The translations under genes were made by a program, and so were the position numbers. The notes beneath the pieces are model-generated. The model was given only the letters and a program-made list of their open reading frames with translations. It was not told the DNA's origin and did not search any database. From Candidatus Hydrogenedentota bacterium (lineage in GTDB: Bacteria; Hydrogenedentota; Hydrogenedentia; Hydrogenedentales; SLHB01), in NCBI GenBank assembly GCA_045863295.1, contig BTWA01000001.1, positions 170,687-212,236 on the forward strand: a stretch of DNA of 41,550 bases. The letters are read 5' to 3'. Positions 9,566 to 17,418 of the stretch are shown here, in pieces; position 1 is the stretch's first letter; every line of letters begins with the position of its first letter.

Positions 9566-9961
9566 CTATTCCTGGCCGCCGGCGGCCTCAAGCACGGAGA
9601 CGATGGCGCCGGACTTGCGCATGTCGTTGGCGACGCCCAACGGAGTGCGGCCGTTGCCATCGCGGGAATTGACGTCCACGCCCTCGTCGATGAAGTACTG
9701 CACAATGTCGGCATGGCCCAAGGCGACCGCCCGGTGGATGGGGGCGAGGCCGGTGGCCGGGTCGATGGCCGTCATCGCGTTGGGATCGGCGGCAACCGCA
9801 TCCTTCACTTCGCCGAGCGATCCGTTACGTATGGCCGCGAAGATCGGAGGTTCCATTTCCCCTTCGGTGGCCGGGGCAATCTCGATTTCCTTATTGCCGC
9901 ATCCCACCAGCGTAATCACTGCCATCACCACCAGTCCCACCAATCTCATCAGCCCGCGCAT
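9566..9961 (-). CDS. Ankyrin-repeat lipoprotein
   Basis: Lipobox LVGC and ankyrin motifs (APIHRAVALGHADIVQYFIDEGVDVN, GRTPL). GGAG RBS. Confidence 0.85.
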   Translation of the reverse strand: MRGLMRLVGLVVMAVITLVGCGNKEIEIAPATEGEMEPPIFAAIRNGSLGEVKDAVAADPNAMTAIDPATGLAPIHRAVALGHADIVQYFIDEGVDVNSRDGNGRTPLGVANDMRKSGAIVSVLEAAGGQE

Positions 9962-10008
9962 GACTGCCTACTCCCCGAAGGTTACCGCCAAACGAATTGC
10001 CGTTAAGG

Positions 10009-10044
10009 GGCGGCGGAACCCGCCCTTGGGCCGGTTCCGCCGCC
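10009..10044. terminator. GC-rich hairpin downstream of the DUF1559 gene (terminator or stabiliser)
   Basis: 12-bp stem GGCGGCGGAACC/GGTTCCGCCGCC; the U-tract is weak. Confidence 0.45.
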
Positions 10045-10070
10045 GTCGAATCAACTCGTGCAAACCAGGT

Positions 10071-11111
10071 TTACCAGATGCTGCCCGTGAGCCCGCACAG
10101 ATACGTGGCGGGAATGTCGCGCGGGTTGCCGCTGGGATACTTGATGAATTCGACGTGACCGTCCATGTACAGGACGTTCGCGCCGCCGGGCACGTGGTGC
10201 ATCTTCAAGCCGTGCGATTGACCGGCATTGATTTCCACCTGATCGAAGAACACGGCCAGTTCGCTCTGCGCCATGTTGCTCGATCCCGGGCTGTTGATAT
10301 CCGTGATGAAGAAACGTTCGATGCCGTCCTTGAACGCAAAGATTTCTTCGCCACCGGCACTGCCTTGCGGCGTGAAGAGTGTGCCCACTTCAGCGCGCAC
10401 GGACGCGATTACGCCGAACGCGGCCATCGAAGCGTCCACATTGGTCTCAACCAAAGCGGGCGTGATAGCGCCGGAGTTGATGTCCATCGGTTCGCCGAGG
10501 CGCTTGAAGGCTTCGTCGGCCACCAAACGATTCGCGCAAACGTTGTTCGGCGCAGGACCGGTCTGCATCGTCATTTCAACCACGCTCTGCATGGTCAGGA
10601 ACACTTGATCGTTTTCCGCGGCATAGCCGAAATAGGCATAGTGCCGGTCGGAGAAGCGACGGGGCTCAATCACGCCCGCGCAGTTGTTCGCCGGCCAGTA
10701 CCAGTTGCAGCGGGTCGGTCCGATATAGTCCGACGCGGGATCCGACAACATGGACGGGCAGAAATAAATCGCTACATCCGTGCAATAGTCGGGATACACG
10801 TGCGGGCCGCTCGGGACTGCCCACATGTCGCTGTACTTCGCGGTGTTGGACGGGAAGGACGGGTCGCCGTCCGTGCCGCCGCAGGAGTTGTTCTTCCAGT
10901 TGAGGCCGGCGGGCGGGAACTTGTCCTTGTGCTCCCCGGCGAACATCTTGAAGATGATGCCCCATTGTTTCAGGTTGTTCTGGCAGGAAGCCCGCTGGGC
11001 CGCTTCGCGCGCACGCGCAAGCGCCGGCAGCAGAATGGCCGCCAGAATGCCGATAATCGCGATCACGACCAATAATTCTATCAGCGTGAATCCGCGTTTG
11101 TGCGTCACCAT
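10071..11111 (-). CDS. Prepilin-type N-terminal cleavage/methylation (DUF1559-like) protein with an H-X9-DG-like C-terminal motif
   Basis: [42 protein letters not shown] at the N-terminus and [17 protein letters not shown] at the C-terminus. GGAGG before ATG 11111. Confidence 0.92.
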   Translation of the reverse strand: MVTHKRGFTLIELLVVIAIIGILAAILLPALARAREAAQRASCQNNLKQWGIIFKMFAGEHKDKFPPAGLNWKNNSCGGTDGDPSFPSNTAKYSDMWAVPSGPHVYPDYCTDVAIYFCPSMLSDPASDYIGPTRCNWYWPANNCAGVIEPRRFSDRHYAYFGYAAENDQVFLTMQSVVEMTMQTGPAPNNVCANRLVADEAFKRLGEPMDINSGAITPALVETNVDASMAAFGVIASVRAEVGTLFTPQGSAGGEEIFAFKDGIERFFITDINSPGSSNMAQSELAVFFDQVEINAGQSHGLKMHHVPGGANVLYMDGHVEFIKYPSGNPRDIPATYLCGLTGSIW

Positions 11112-11542
11112 CTGATCTACCTCCAATCGAAACCACCTCACGTGGCCACGTTGTTGTCGATGACACGTCGTTTACGAAGGTTAAGGGATAATAAGATCAT
11201 TGTTTCGGTCATGGACCCGATCAAGGCCCGGTACTGCACATTCCTTATACTGCTCCGTACTTCTTTTGGGGATATGAATTGGATTGCCCGGCGGTTCCTC
11301 CCGTGTTCCATCGTTGCCGTATGTCCACCAACCCGGCCGGCGTCCCTAGAGGCCGCGGCGATTGATTGGGAAGGGGTTTCTTGTACAAATAACTGTGCTA
11401 TTAAACTGTTCACTCTGGGGGGTGATCGTGTGCGCTCATGTCGTCGATTTGTAGAATCTGAATCGTCCCGTCGCCCGAACCCGGTATACGATGCCCCTCG
11501 AAAGCATCTCATTCCGGTTTGACCCATGCTCCCGTGAATATC

Positions 11543-11571
11543 ACGATATGCTCATTTATTCGGTTTGTCAA
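11543..11571 (-). promoter_or_regulatory. sigma70-type promoter reading toward the DUF1559 gene
   Basis: Minus strand TTGACA-17 nt-TATCGT. A second TTGACA lies 14 nt upstream. Inverted repeat CGTGA-ATA-TCACG at 11533-11545. Confidence 0.5.
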
Positions 11572-11869
11572 TGGTTCAGTGTCAATTTTGCACATGTATT
11601 CGCGTAATCGTATCGCGCATACCCTGTATACATCTTATAAGTGGTCTGATTGCAAGGCCTTGCGTTACCGATACCAAACTGAATCCTACGAGTTCGGCAA
11701 ATACTGAGAATTCCCGGGATAACCGCAACGGCTCTGGTCTGCATATTCACAGGCCAAATTCTGAACAAACCAACCTCTCCACTATCCTCACAGGATATTT
11801 CACATGCACACTGTTCCATCATCGGTATGGACAATGTTTGACTGAGACACCAGTTACATAGGCATATGA

Positions 11870-11955
11870 ACATTGGCGCGAAATTTCCGGGCTGGGGTGT
11901 AGTCTGGACCTTCTTACTCACTCCGCAGCCCGGAAATTGATGCCGTGGCCAATGT
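11870..11955. repeat. Long imperfect inverted repeat/hairpin upstream of the FG-GAP gene
   Basis: Perfect 13-bp arms AATTTCCGGGCTG/CAGCCCGGAAATT, outer pair ACATTGGC/GCCAATGT, and bulged inner pairing GGGTGTAGT/ACTCACTCC. Confidence 0.7.
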
Positions 11956-12017
11956 GTGGGATAGTGTCACCTTGAGGAGCACACGGAATTTCCACTTACC
12001 GGAGAGGGCAATACGTC

Positions 12018-13148
12018 ATGAGGGGGATGTTGATAGGGTTGATCGCAATAACCAGTGCATTTGCCGGGCAGGCGCCCCTGCAATTTGACCGCGAACGGAT
12101 AGGCACGGTCACCTACGAGGCGGCTAGCGCCTTCGATGTAGACAAAGACGGCGTCATCGACATCGTGTCCGGCGAGTACTGGTTCAAAGGGCCGGACTTC
12201 AAAGAGCAGATCAAGATCTGTGACATCATGCCTAACGGCGACTACTACGACGATTTCTCGAACTATCATGCCGATGTGAATGGCGACGGCTACGACGACA
12301 TCATCACCGGGGCATGGTGGGGCGAAGGCCTGAAGTGGCGCGAGAATCCAAAAGGCCAGAAGACGGAATGGACCACGCACGACATCGCCAAGACAGGCAA
12401 CGTGGAACGCCCATACTTCTTCGACATGGACGGCGACGGATTTGACGAATGCGTACCGAACACCGTTGGTGTGCACATCTTTAAGCTACTGCGCGATGAA
12501 AGCGGCAAGCCCAAGGGCCAATTCAAACAACACACCATTCTCGATCAGGGAGCGGGACACGGAATCGGCGCGGGCGATGTGAACGGAGACGGGCGGCCTG
12601 ACATCGTGCTCAGCCACGGATGGTACGAAGCCCCCGCGGATCCCTATGGCGACGGCTGGGTGCTGCACAAAGACTTCGCCCTGGGGATGGCGAGCGTGCC
12701 GATCATTGTCCACGACGTCAACAAGGACGGCATAAACGACATCATAGTGGGCCAGGGCCACGACTACGGCCTGCACTGGTGGGAACAAAAGAAGAATGCC
12801 GATGGAACCCGTGCATGGGAACGGCACGACATTGAGACGGACCGGTCGCAATTTCACGAAATGCAGTTGGCGGATATAGACAACGACGGCGAAGTCGAAT
12901 TGATCACCGGCAAACGGTACCGCGCTCATGGCGATGGAGATCCCGGCGCGCATGATCCGGTGGGGTTGTACTATTACGAACTCAACGGCGGAAACATGGA
13001 ACGCGTGAACATCGATTACGGCCCGGCCGATCAGGCCTCCGGATCGGGCATCTACTTGTGGATTGTCGATGTCGATGGTAACGGCTGGAAGGATATCGTG
13101 GCCCCGGGCAAGGAAGGGCTCTATCTGTTCCGCAACCAAGGCCGTTAA
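12018..13148 (+). CDS. Secreted FG-GAP/VCBS repeat beta-propeller protein
   Basis: Signal peptide and seven DxDxDG-type repeats (DVDKDG, DVNGDG twice, DMDGDG, DVNKDG, DIDNDG, DVDGNG). GGAG RBS. Confidence 0.9.
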   Translation: MRGMLIGLIAITSAFAGQAPLQFDRERIGTVTYEAASAFDVDKDGVIDIVSGEYWFKGPDFKEQIKICDIMPNGDYYDDFSNYHADVNGDGYDDIITGAWWGEGLKWRENPKGQKTEWTTHDIAKTGNVERPYFFDMDGDGFDECVPNTVGVHIFKLLRDESGKPKGQFKQHTILDQGAGHGIGAGDVNGDGRPDIVLSHGWYEAPADPYGDGWVLHKDFALGMASVPIIVHDVNKDGINDIIVGQGHDYGLHWWEQKKNADGTRAWERHDIETDRSQFHEMQLADIDNDGEVELITGKRYRAHGDGDPGAHDPVGLYYYELNGGNMERVNIDYGPADQASGSGIYLWIVDVDGNGWKDIVAPGKEGLYLFRNQGR

Positions 13149-13162
13149 GCGATTGATTCAAC

Positions 13163-13190
13163 GCCACCCCGGACCCAAGTCCGGGGTGGC
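13163..13190. terminator. Hairpin between convergent genes, possible bidirectional terminator
   Basis: Perfect 12-bp stem GCCACCCCGGAC/GTCCGGGGTGGC with a CCAA loop. Confidence 0.6.
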
Positions 13191-13232
13191 TCATACTTCC
13201 GTGTATTTGGATTGCAACGTGCAGGGCGACGC

Positions 13233-13649
13233 TCAGTGAGCCCCGCCGTCGATCCAACTTTTGAGCGTAGCCAACTGTTCCGGTGTCAGGCCTTCGCCCT
13301 TGGGCGGCATCTTCTTCTCCGCCGTACCGGCCACCATCGCGTAAAGCAGGCTCGTGTCGGCGCTCCCGGCAACTACCACCGGACCCGACTTCCCGCCGGT
13401 CAACGTTGATTCAAGCGACGCGAGCGAAAGGCCACCCTTGTTCTGTTCGATGTGACACCCCGCGCACTTCGCTTCAAAGATGGCCTTGGCGCTTGTGTCA
13501 AACGTTGCTCCGCCGCCGGTGGGCGCTGCCGCGGGCGCCGCTGTCGTTGCGGCCGGCGTGTCCCCCGCGGGGGCCGTTTCCTGTTTCGTGCAGCCGGCAA
13601 TCGCCAGGCCCGCCAATACCGCTACACCCAAAAAGGCTTTCTTTCCCAT
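13233..13649 (-). CDS. Lipoprotein with a single planctomycete-type cytochrome c domain
   Basis: Lipobox IAGC, Ala/Pro linker, heme motif CAGCH, and the GGLSL...GGKSG...SLL...MPP...WIDGGA pattern. Confidence 0.88.
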   Translation of the reverse strand: MGKKAFLGVAVLAGLAIAGCTKQETAPAGDTPAATTAAPAAAPTGGGATFDTSAKAIFEAKCAGCHIEQNKGGLSLASLESTLTGGKSGPVVVAGSADTSLLYAMVAGTAEKKMPPKGEGLTPEQLATLKSWIDGGAH

Positions 13650-13795
13650 GTGCTCACTACCCCCAACCGGTTTTGATTTTTGAATCCAGAACGGCGGATT
13701 CTACACGGGTGGATTCACCTCGGGCAACGGGCCATGTCGCGATATCGCCTTTCTCGACAGGTATACTGGAAGCGGGAATCCAGGAGCAGCCGGCT

Positions 13796-14140
13796 ATGGT
13801 CAACATCAAATGCGACGGATGCGGCAAGGAATTAATCCGGGGCGAACTGCGCTACACCGTGAAGATTGACGTGCGCGCGGCCTACGACAAGCTCGAAGTG
13901 GGCCTCGCCGATCTCGTCCGCGACCACCGGGCAGAAATGATTGCCCTCATCGAGAAATTGAAAGACAAAGACCCCCGCAAAATCGAGGAGACCGTCTACA
14001 AAAATTTCACCCTCGACCTCTGCCCCCAATGCCAACGCGCCTACATCAAAGACCCCATCCGCTTCCACCCGGAACAAGGCGATCCGCCCGATTTCGACGT
14101 CGACGCCTTTCTGCGGAGTATGGATTTGGACAAACCCTGA
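13796..14140 (+). CDS. Hypothetical protein with two CxxC pairs (probable Zn-binding)
   Basis: MVNIKCDGCGKEL...DLCPQCQR. AGGAG RBS before ATG 13796. The 5' extension in the ORF track overlaps the cytochrome gene. Confidence 0.75.
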   Translation: MVNIKCDGCGKELIRGELRYTVKIDVRAAYDKLEVGLADLVRDHRAEMIALIEKLKDKDPRKIEETVYKNFTLDLCPQCQRAYIKDPIRFHPEQGDPPDFDVDAFLRSMDLDKP

Positions 14141-14184
14141 TACCGGACGCAGAGAACGTGACCGCATTCGCCCATTTTGAAGCC

Positions 14185-14874
14185 CTACGGCACGTCAAAC
14201 CCCATAGTGCCGTCTTTGGTCAAATTGGGATTGGGCTGGCCATCGCGGGCAAGGACGAGATCGGTCCAGTCCAGGTATTCCACGTGGCCGTCAGCGAACA
14301 GAAAAAGGCGCTTGCCGCCTTTGGTAAACCAGCCCTGATCGGTGCTGTAGGCCGCATGGTTCGCATACCACTCACCGGCGAGAATCTTTCGCGAAGGAAA
14401 ACGTACCCGTTCCGATAACTGCGGAACGGGCGGAAGCGCCCCGGAATACGTGGCCGACGTCGCATTCATCGAGTTGATCTGGTCCGGACTATGGTAAAAA
14501 GCCATTGAATACGCGTACGACGTGCTTTCAAATGAATCTATCGACCGGGAGTCTGTCGGACACCAGAACACGCCCGGGTTTTCCTTTTCTCCCGGCACAT
14601 AGGGCGTCAACATCGTCCTCCAGCCGCGTCCCATCCACAACCAATAAAACGGACTCGTACTGATGGGGTCCTGGGCGGCGGGGTAATAGCCGCTGTTCTC
14701 CTCCCCATACAACATGAAGGCGAGCCCAAGCTGCTTCAGGTTGTTTGTGCAGGAGGCGCGCTGAGCCGCTTCCCGCGCCCGCGACAAAACAGGCAACAAC
14801 AGCGCCGCCAAAATCGAAATGATGCCAATCACCACCAAAAGTTCTATCAAGGTAAATCCACGTCGGTCTTGCAT
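14185..14874 (-). CDS. Prepilin-type N-terminal cleavage/methylation (DUF1559-like) protein
   Basis: [44 protein letters not shown], with C-terminal LFADGHVEY. Confidence 0.9.
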   Translation of the reverse strand: MQDRRGFTLIELLVVIGIISILAALLLPVLSRAREAAQRASCTNNLKQLGLAFMLYGEENSGYYPAAQDPISTSPFYWLWMGRGWRTMLTPYVPGEKENPGVFWCPTDSRSIDSFESTSYAYSMAFYHSPDQINSMNATSATYSGALPPVPQLSERVRFPSRKILAGEWYANHAAYSTDQGWFTKGGKRLFLFADGHVEYLDWTDLVLARDGQPNPNLTKDGTMGFDVP

Positions 14875-14971
14875 ATACAGAGCCCAAACTCCGTCAAAAC
14901 GGAAAACGATGTGATCAGGAAACACGCATTCTAGGGGAGCGGCTTACCCGGACGCAAGCCTAACAGTGCGC

Positions 14972-15010
14972 ATACATATGTTGACATATGTATATTGCAA
15001 ATGGTATAAA
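14972..15010 (+). promoter_or_regulatory. sigma70 promoter with an overlapping palindromic operator
   Basis: TTGACA (14981-14986), 18 nt spacer, extended -10 TG-G-TATAAA (15002-15010). The operator ATACATATGT-TG-ACATATGTAT (14972-14993) covers the -35. Confidence 0.75.
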
Positions 15011-15016
15011 CAAAAT

Positions 15017-15694
15017 ATGACAACCAAGCCGGCGCCAAAACTAACCAAGCCGTTCCGGCCCGACCCTGCACGAAGCCTCGCCCTGTTCGACGCCTTCCGG
15101 CGCGGATTCGACGAGGCCATCAAGCGGGCGCGCCAGTCCGAAGGCTCCGTGTCCCTGGCCATCGTGGACTTGGATTGGTTCAGCAAGCTCAATGCGACCC
15201 ACGGCGTGCCCGTGGGCGATGCCATGCTGGTTGGATTCGCCGAGGAAGTGCGGGAAGCCTTCAAGGGGTGCGGCGAGGTATCCCGATTTGGCGGAGATGC
15301 TCTCTCGGTCGTGTTTGAAGGCGTCGACAAAGAAGACGCCTTTCTGAAAGTGGAGCAGATGCGCTCCACCTTTGACAGAAAGCATGTTGTCGCGGAAAGC
15401 GGAAAAACCGTAGAATTGCCCCTTACTGTCAGCGCAGGAGTGTCGGCCTATCCCGACGACGGGTCGCAGACGCTGGACGTGGTGCGTAAGGCCAACGAGG
15501 CCTTGTATCGCGCGAAGGTGTCCGGCCGCAACAAAGTGTGTTTGGCCCGGGAAGAAAAGATGGTGACCAAGACGGTGCACTATACCCAAGGCCAGTTACA
15601 CGGATTGTCGCGTCTCGCCAAGCGCACGGGCGTGAGCGAAGCGGTGCTGCTTCGGGAAGCGGTGGACGACGTGCTGCGCAAATACAACGCCTGA
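15017..15694 (+). CDS. Degenerate GGDEF domain fused to a C-terminal ribbon-helix-helix DNA-binding domain
   Basis: GGDEF fold: SLAIVDLDWF..LN..HG..VGD...RFGGDAL...LTVSAGVS...ANEALYRAK..GRNKV. C-terminal MVTKTVHYT-QGQLHGLSRLAKRTG-VSEAVLLREAVDDVLRKY has the strand-helix-helix RHH pattern. Confidence 0.85.
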   Translation: MTTKPAPKLTKPFRPDPARSLALFDAFRRGFDEAIKRARQSEGSVSLAIVDLDWFSKLNATHGVPVGDAMLVGFAEEVREAFKGCGEVSRFGGDALSVVFEGVDKEDAFLKVEQMRSTFDRKHVVAESGKTVELPLTVSAGVSAYPDDGSQTLDVVRKANEALYRAKVSGRNKVCLAREEKMVTKTVHYTQGQLHGLSRLAKRTGVSEAVLLREAVDDVLRKYNA

Positions 15695-15741
15695 CCCCAG
15701 GCGGAGCGTGGGTGCCTGTATTCAGGAGGGAGTTACCCTAG

Positions 15742-17259
15742 ATGGTCAAGGGAATTGCAGGAATTGGTGTCGTGGCATTGGTGGTGGCGATGGGGCTTGC
15801 GGGTTGCGCATCCTCCGGCGGCATGATGAACAAGGCCACGTTCGGGCTGGTGGGCGAAGACGATCCCAACGCTGAAGCGGAAAAGGAACAGCGCAAAGCG
15901 GAGAAGCGCGCCGCGGAACAGGCCAAGAAGGAAGAGAAGCAGGCGCGCAAAGCCGAAAAACAGGCCGCAAAGGAACAAGAAGGCGGCCGCTCGCTGACCA
16001 ACCGCATGACCTTTGGGCTGGTAGGTGAAGACGACGCCGCCGCCAAAGAACAAAAGCAGGCGGAAAAGGAAGCAAAACAACAAGCGGAACGCGAGCGCGA
16101 AGCCGAGAAACGTGCTCAGAAACAGGCCCGCAAGGAAGAAAAGAAACAGGCGGAAGCCGAAAAAAAGGCCCAAAAACAGGCGGCCAAACAGGCAGAGACC
16201 CATGAGCCCGCGGCCTCGGCTGATACAGAATCGCAAGAAGACGCCCCCAAACGCGGTTTGATGAGCAAGGCGACCTTTGGATTGGTGGGCGGCAAAGACC
16301 CGGCGGAGCAGGAAGCCAAGGAGCAGCGCAAAGCCGAAAAAAAAGCCGCCGAAGAAGCCAGAAAGGAAGAGAAGCGGGCCGCGAAGGAAGCGAAGCGCGA
16401 GGAAAAACAAGCGGCAAAGGCGGAAACGGAAAGCACCGACGAATCGGCCACGGAAGAGGATAAGCCGAAACGCTCCATGCTGAGCAAGGCCACATTTGGG
16501 TTGCTGGGCGACGGCAAAGACGAAGAGGCACCCGCCGCCGAAATGGAACCGGCGACGGAGTCCTCGGCGGCACAAGAATCGACGGAACCGGTCGCCACGC
16601 CGGAATCGACGGAACCGGTCGCCACGCCGGAATCGACGGAACCGGCGGCGGAAGGCGAATCGGCCGAGCCTGCGGAAGGTGAAGCCGCGGAAGAAGACGC
16701 GCCGAAGCGTCCCCTGCTAAGCCGAATGACATTCGGGCTCGCGGGCGGCGACGAAGAAGACTGGAAGGCACGGGAAGAGACCGAGGCACAGCACCAGGCG
16801 CGCCAAGGCGCGATTAACGCACTTCCCCGCGATGCGAAAAAATTGGGCGAAGGCAAATTTGAATCTTCGCTTGTGTACGAGCCGAATTCGGCGGGACGCA
16901 CCATGGGTATTGCAAACCGCGTGACCTACAGCAAACACGGCTATGGAATCACCGACTTGGGCAACATTCGCATCGCTGTAGAGGGAATGACCTTTGATGG
17001 CGTATGGAAATCCGGCGGATTGGTCGTCGATTCGACCGAGCGCGGTGCTCTGAGCGGAAGCAGCGGTTCCGGCAATCGAAAGTTTGCGTACGAATACGTG
17101 AACGGTACGACGACGTTTACCTTTGGGAGCGTGTCGTTCACCGTGACGCAAGGCATGCTCGACATAGGCGGCCAGACTGCCTCCGTGAAAGAAGGCCGGA
17201 AACTGGTGATTGTGTCGCAAAGCGGCGCAGTGCAGGGCATCTACGATATCGGGCCGTGA
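15742..17259 (+). CDS. Lipoprotein with five TFGL-motif repeats, charged helical linkers and a beta-rich C-terminal domain of unknown function
   Basis: Lipobox LAGC, AGGAGG RBS, E/K/A/Q-rich segments, and a repeated xx[NS][KR][AM]TFGLxG motif. Confidence 0.85.
   Translation: MVKGIAGIGVVALVVAMGLAGCASSGGMMNKATFGLVGEDDPNAEAEKEQRKAEKRAAEQAKKEEKQARKAEKQAAKEQEGGRSLTNRMTFGLVGEDDAAAKEQKQAEKEAKQQAEREREAEKRAQKQARKEEKKQAEAEKKAQKQAAKQAETHEPAASADTESQEDAPKRGLMSKATFGLVGGKDPAEQEAKEQRKAEKKAAEEARKEEKRAAKEAKREEKQAAKAETESTDESATEEDKPKRSMLSKATFGLLGDGKDEEAPAAEMEPATESSAAQESTEPVATPESTEPVATPESTEPAAEGESAEPAEGEAAEEDAPKRPLLSRMTFGLAGGDEEDWKAREETEAQHQARQGAINALPRDAKKLGEGKFESSLVYEPNSAGRTMGIANRVTYSKHGYGITDLGNIRIAVEGMTFDGVWKSGGLVVDSTERGALSGSSGSGNRKFAYEYVNGTTTFTFGSVSFTVTQGMLDIGGQTASVKEGRKLVIVSQSGAVQGIYDIGP
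16576..16645 (+). repeat. 27-bp in-frame tandem repeat (about 2.6 copies) encoding ESTEPVATP
   Basis: GAATCGACGGAACCGGTCGCCACGCCG occurs identically at 16576 and 16603, with a partial copy at 16630. Confidence 0.95.
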
Positions 17260-17418
17260 AAAGACGCACCCGGCGCGACATCTCGCCGCGTCTGGCAAGG
17301 CTGACAGGTGACGTTGCGCGATTTGTAGCGCGGTTTCGTCGCGTTCATTTGGGATTGTTTGACCTCAGGGTTGGCGCGAAGCGGCAGGATGCCGCTTCTA
17401 CTTCGAGGAAGTTGAGTC

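Noticed and set aside
9459..11075. 538 aa plus-strand ORF
   Set aside because: Antisense to the ankyrin and DUF1559 genes and has no recognisable motifs; a typical high-GC shadow ORF.
11138..11527. 129 aa minus-strand ORF spanning the putative leader and ending next to the DUF1559 gene
   Set aside because: The RBS spacing is poor, the sequence is Arg/Ser-rich and no domain is recognisable. It cannot be fully excluded without ribosome profiling.
11112..12017. c-di-GMP or other known riboswitch in the long intergenic region
   Set aside because: I could not find the conserved motifs of a known class by eye; an Rfam scan would settle it.
13283..13795. N-terminal extension of ORF 13283..14140
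   Set aside because: It overlaps the cytochrome c gene on the opposite strand, and the RBS supports ATG 13796.
16576..16645. CRISPR-like array
   Set aside because: The 27-bp units are contiguous with no spacers, lie in frame within a CDS, and no cas genes are present.
15733..16904. Several long minus-strand ORFs rich in Phe, Leu, Ser and Ala
   Set aside because: They are mirror images of the low-complexity charged lipoprotein on the plus strand.
17260..17418. Leucine attenuator or T-box upstream of leuC
   Set aside because: There is a hairpin (GAAGCGGCA-GGA-TGCCGCTTC, about 17378-17398) but no Leu-rich leader peptide, no U-tract and no T-box motif.
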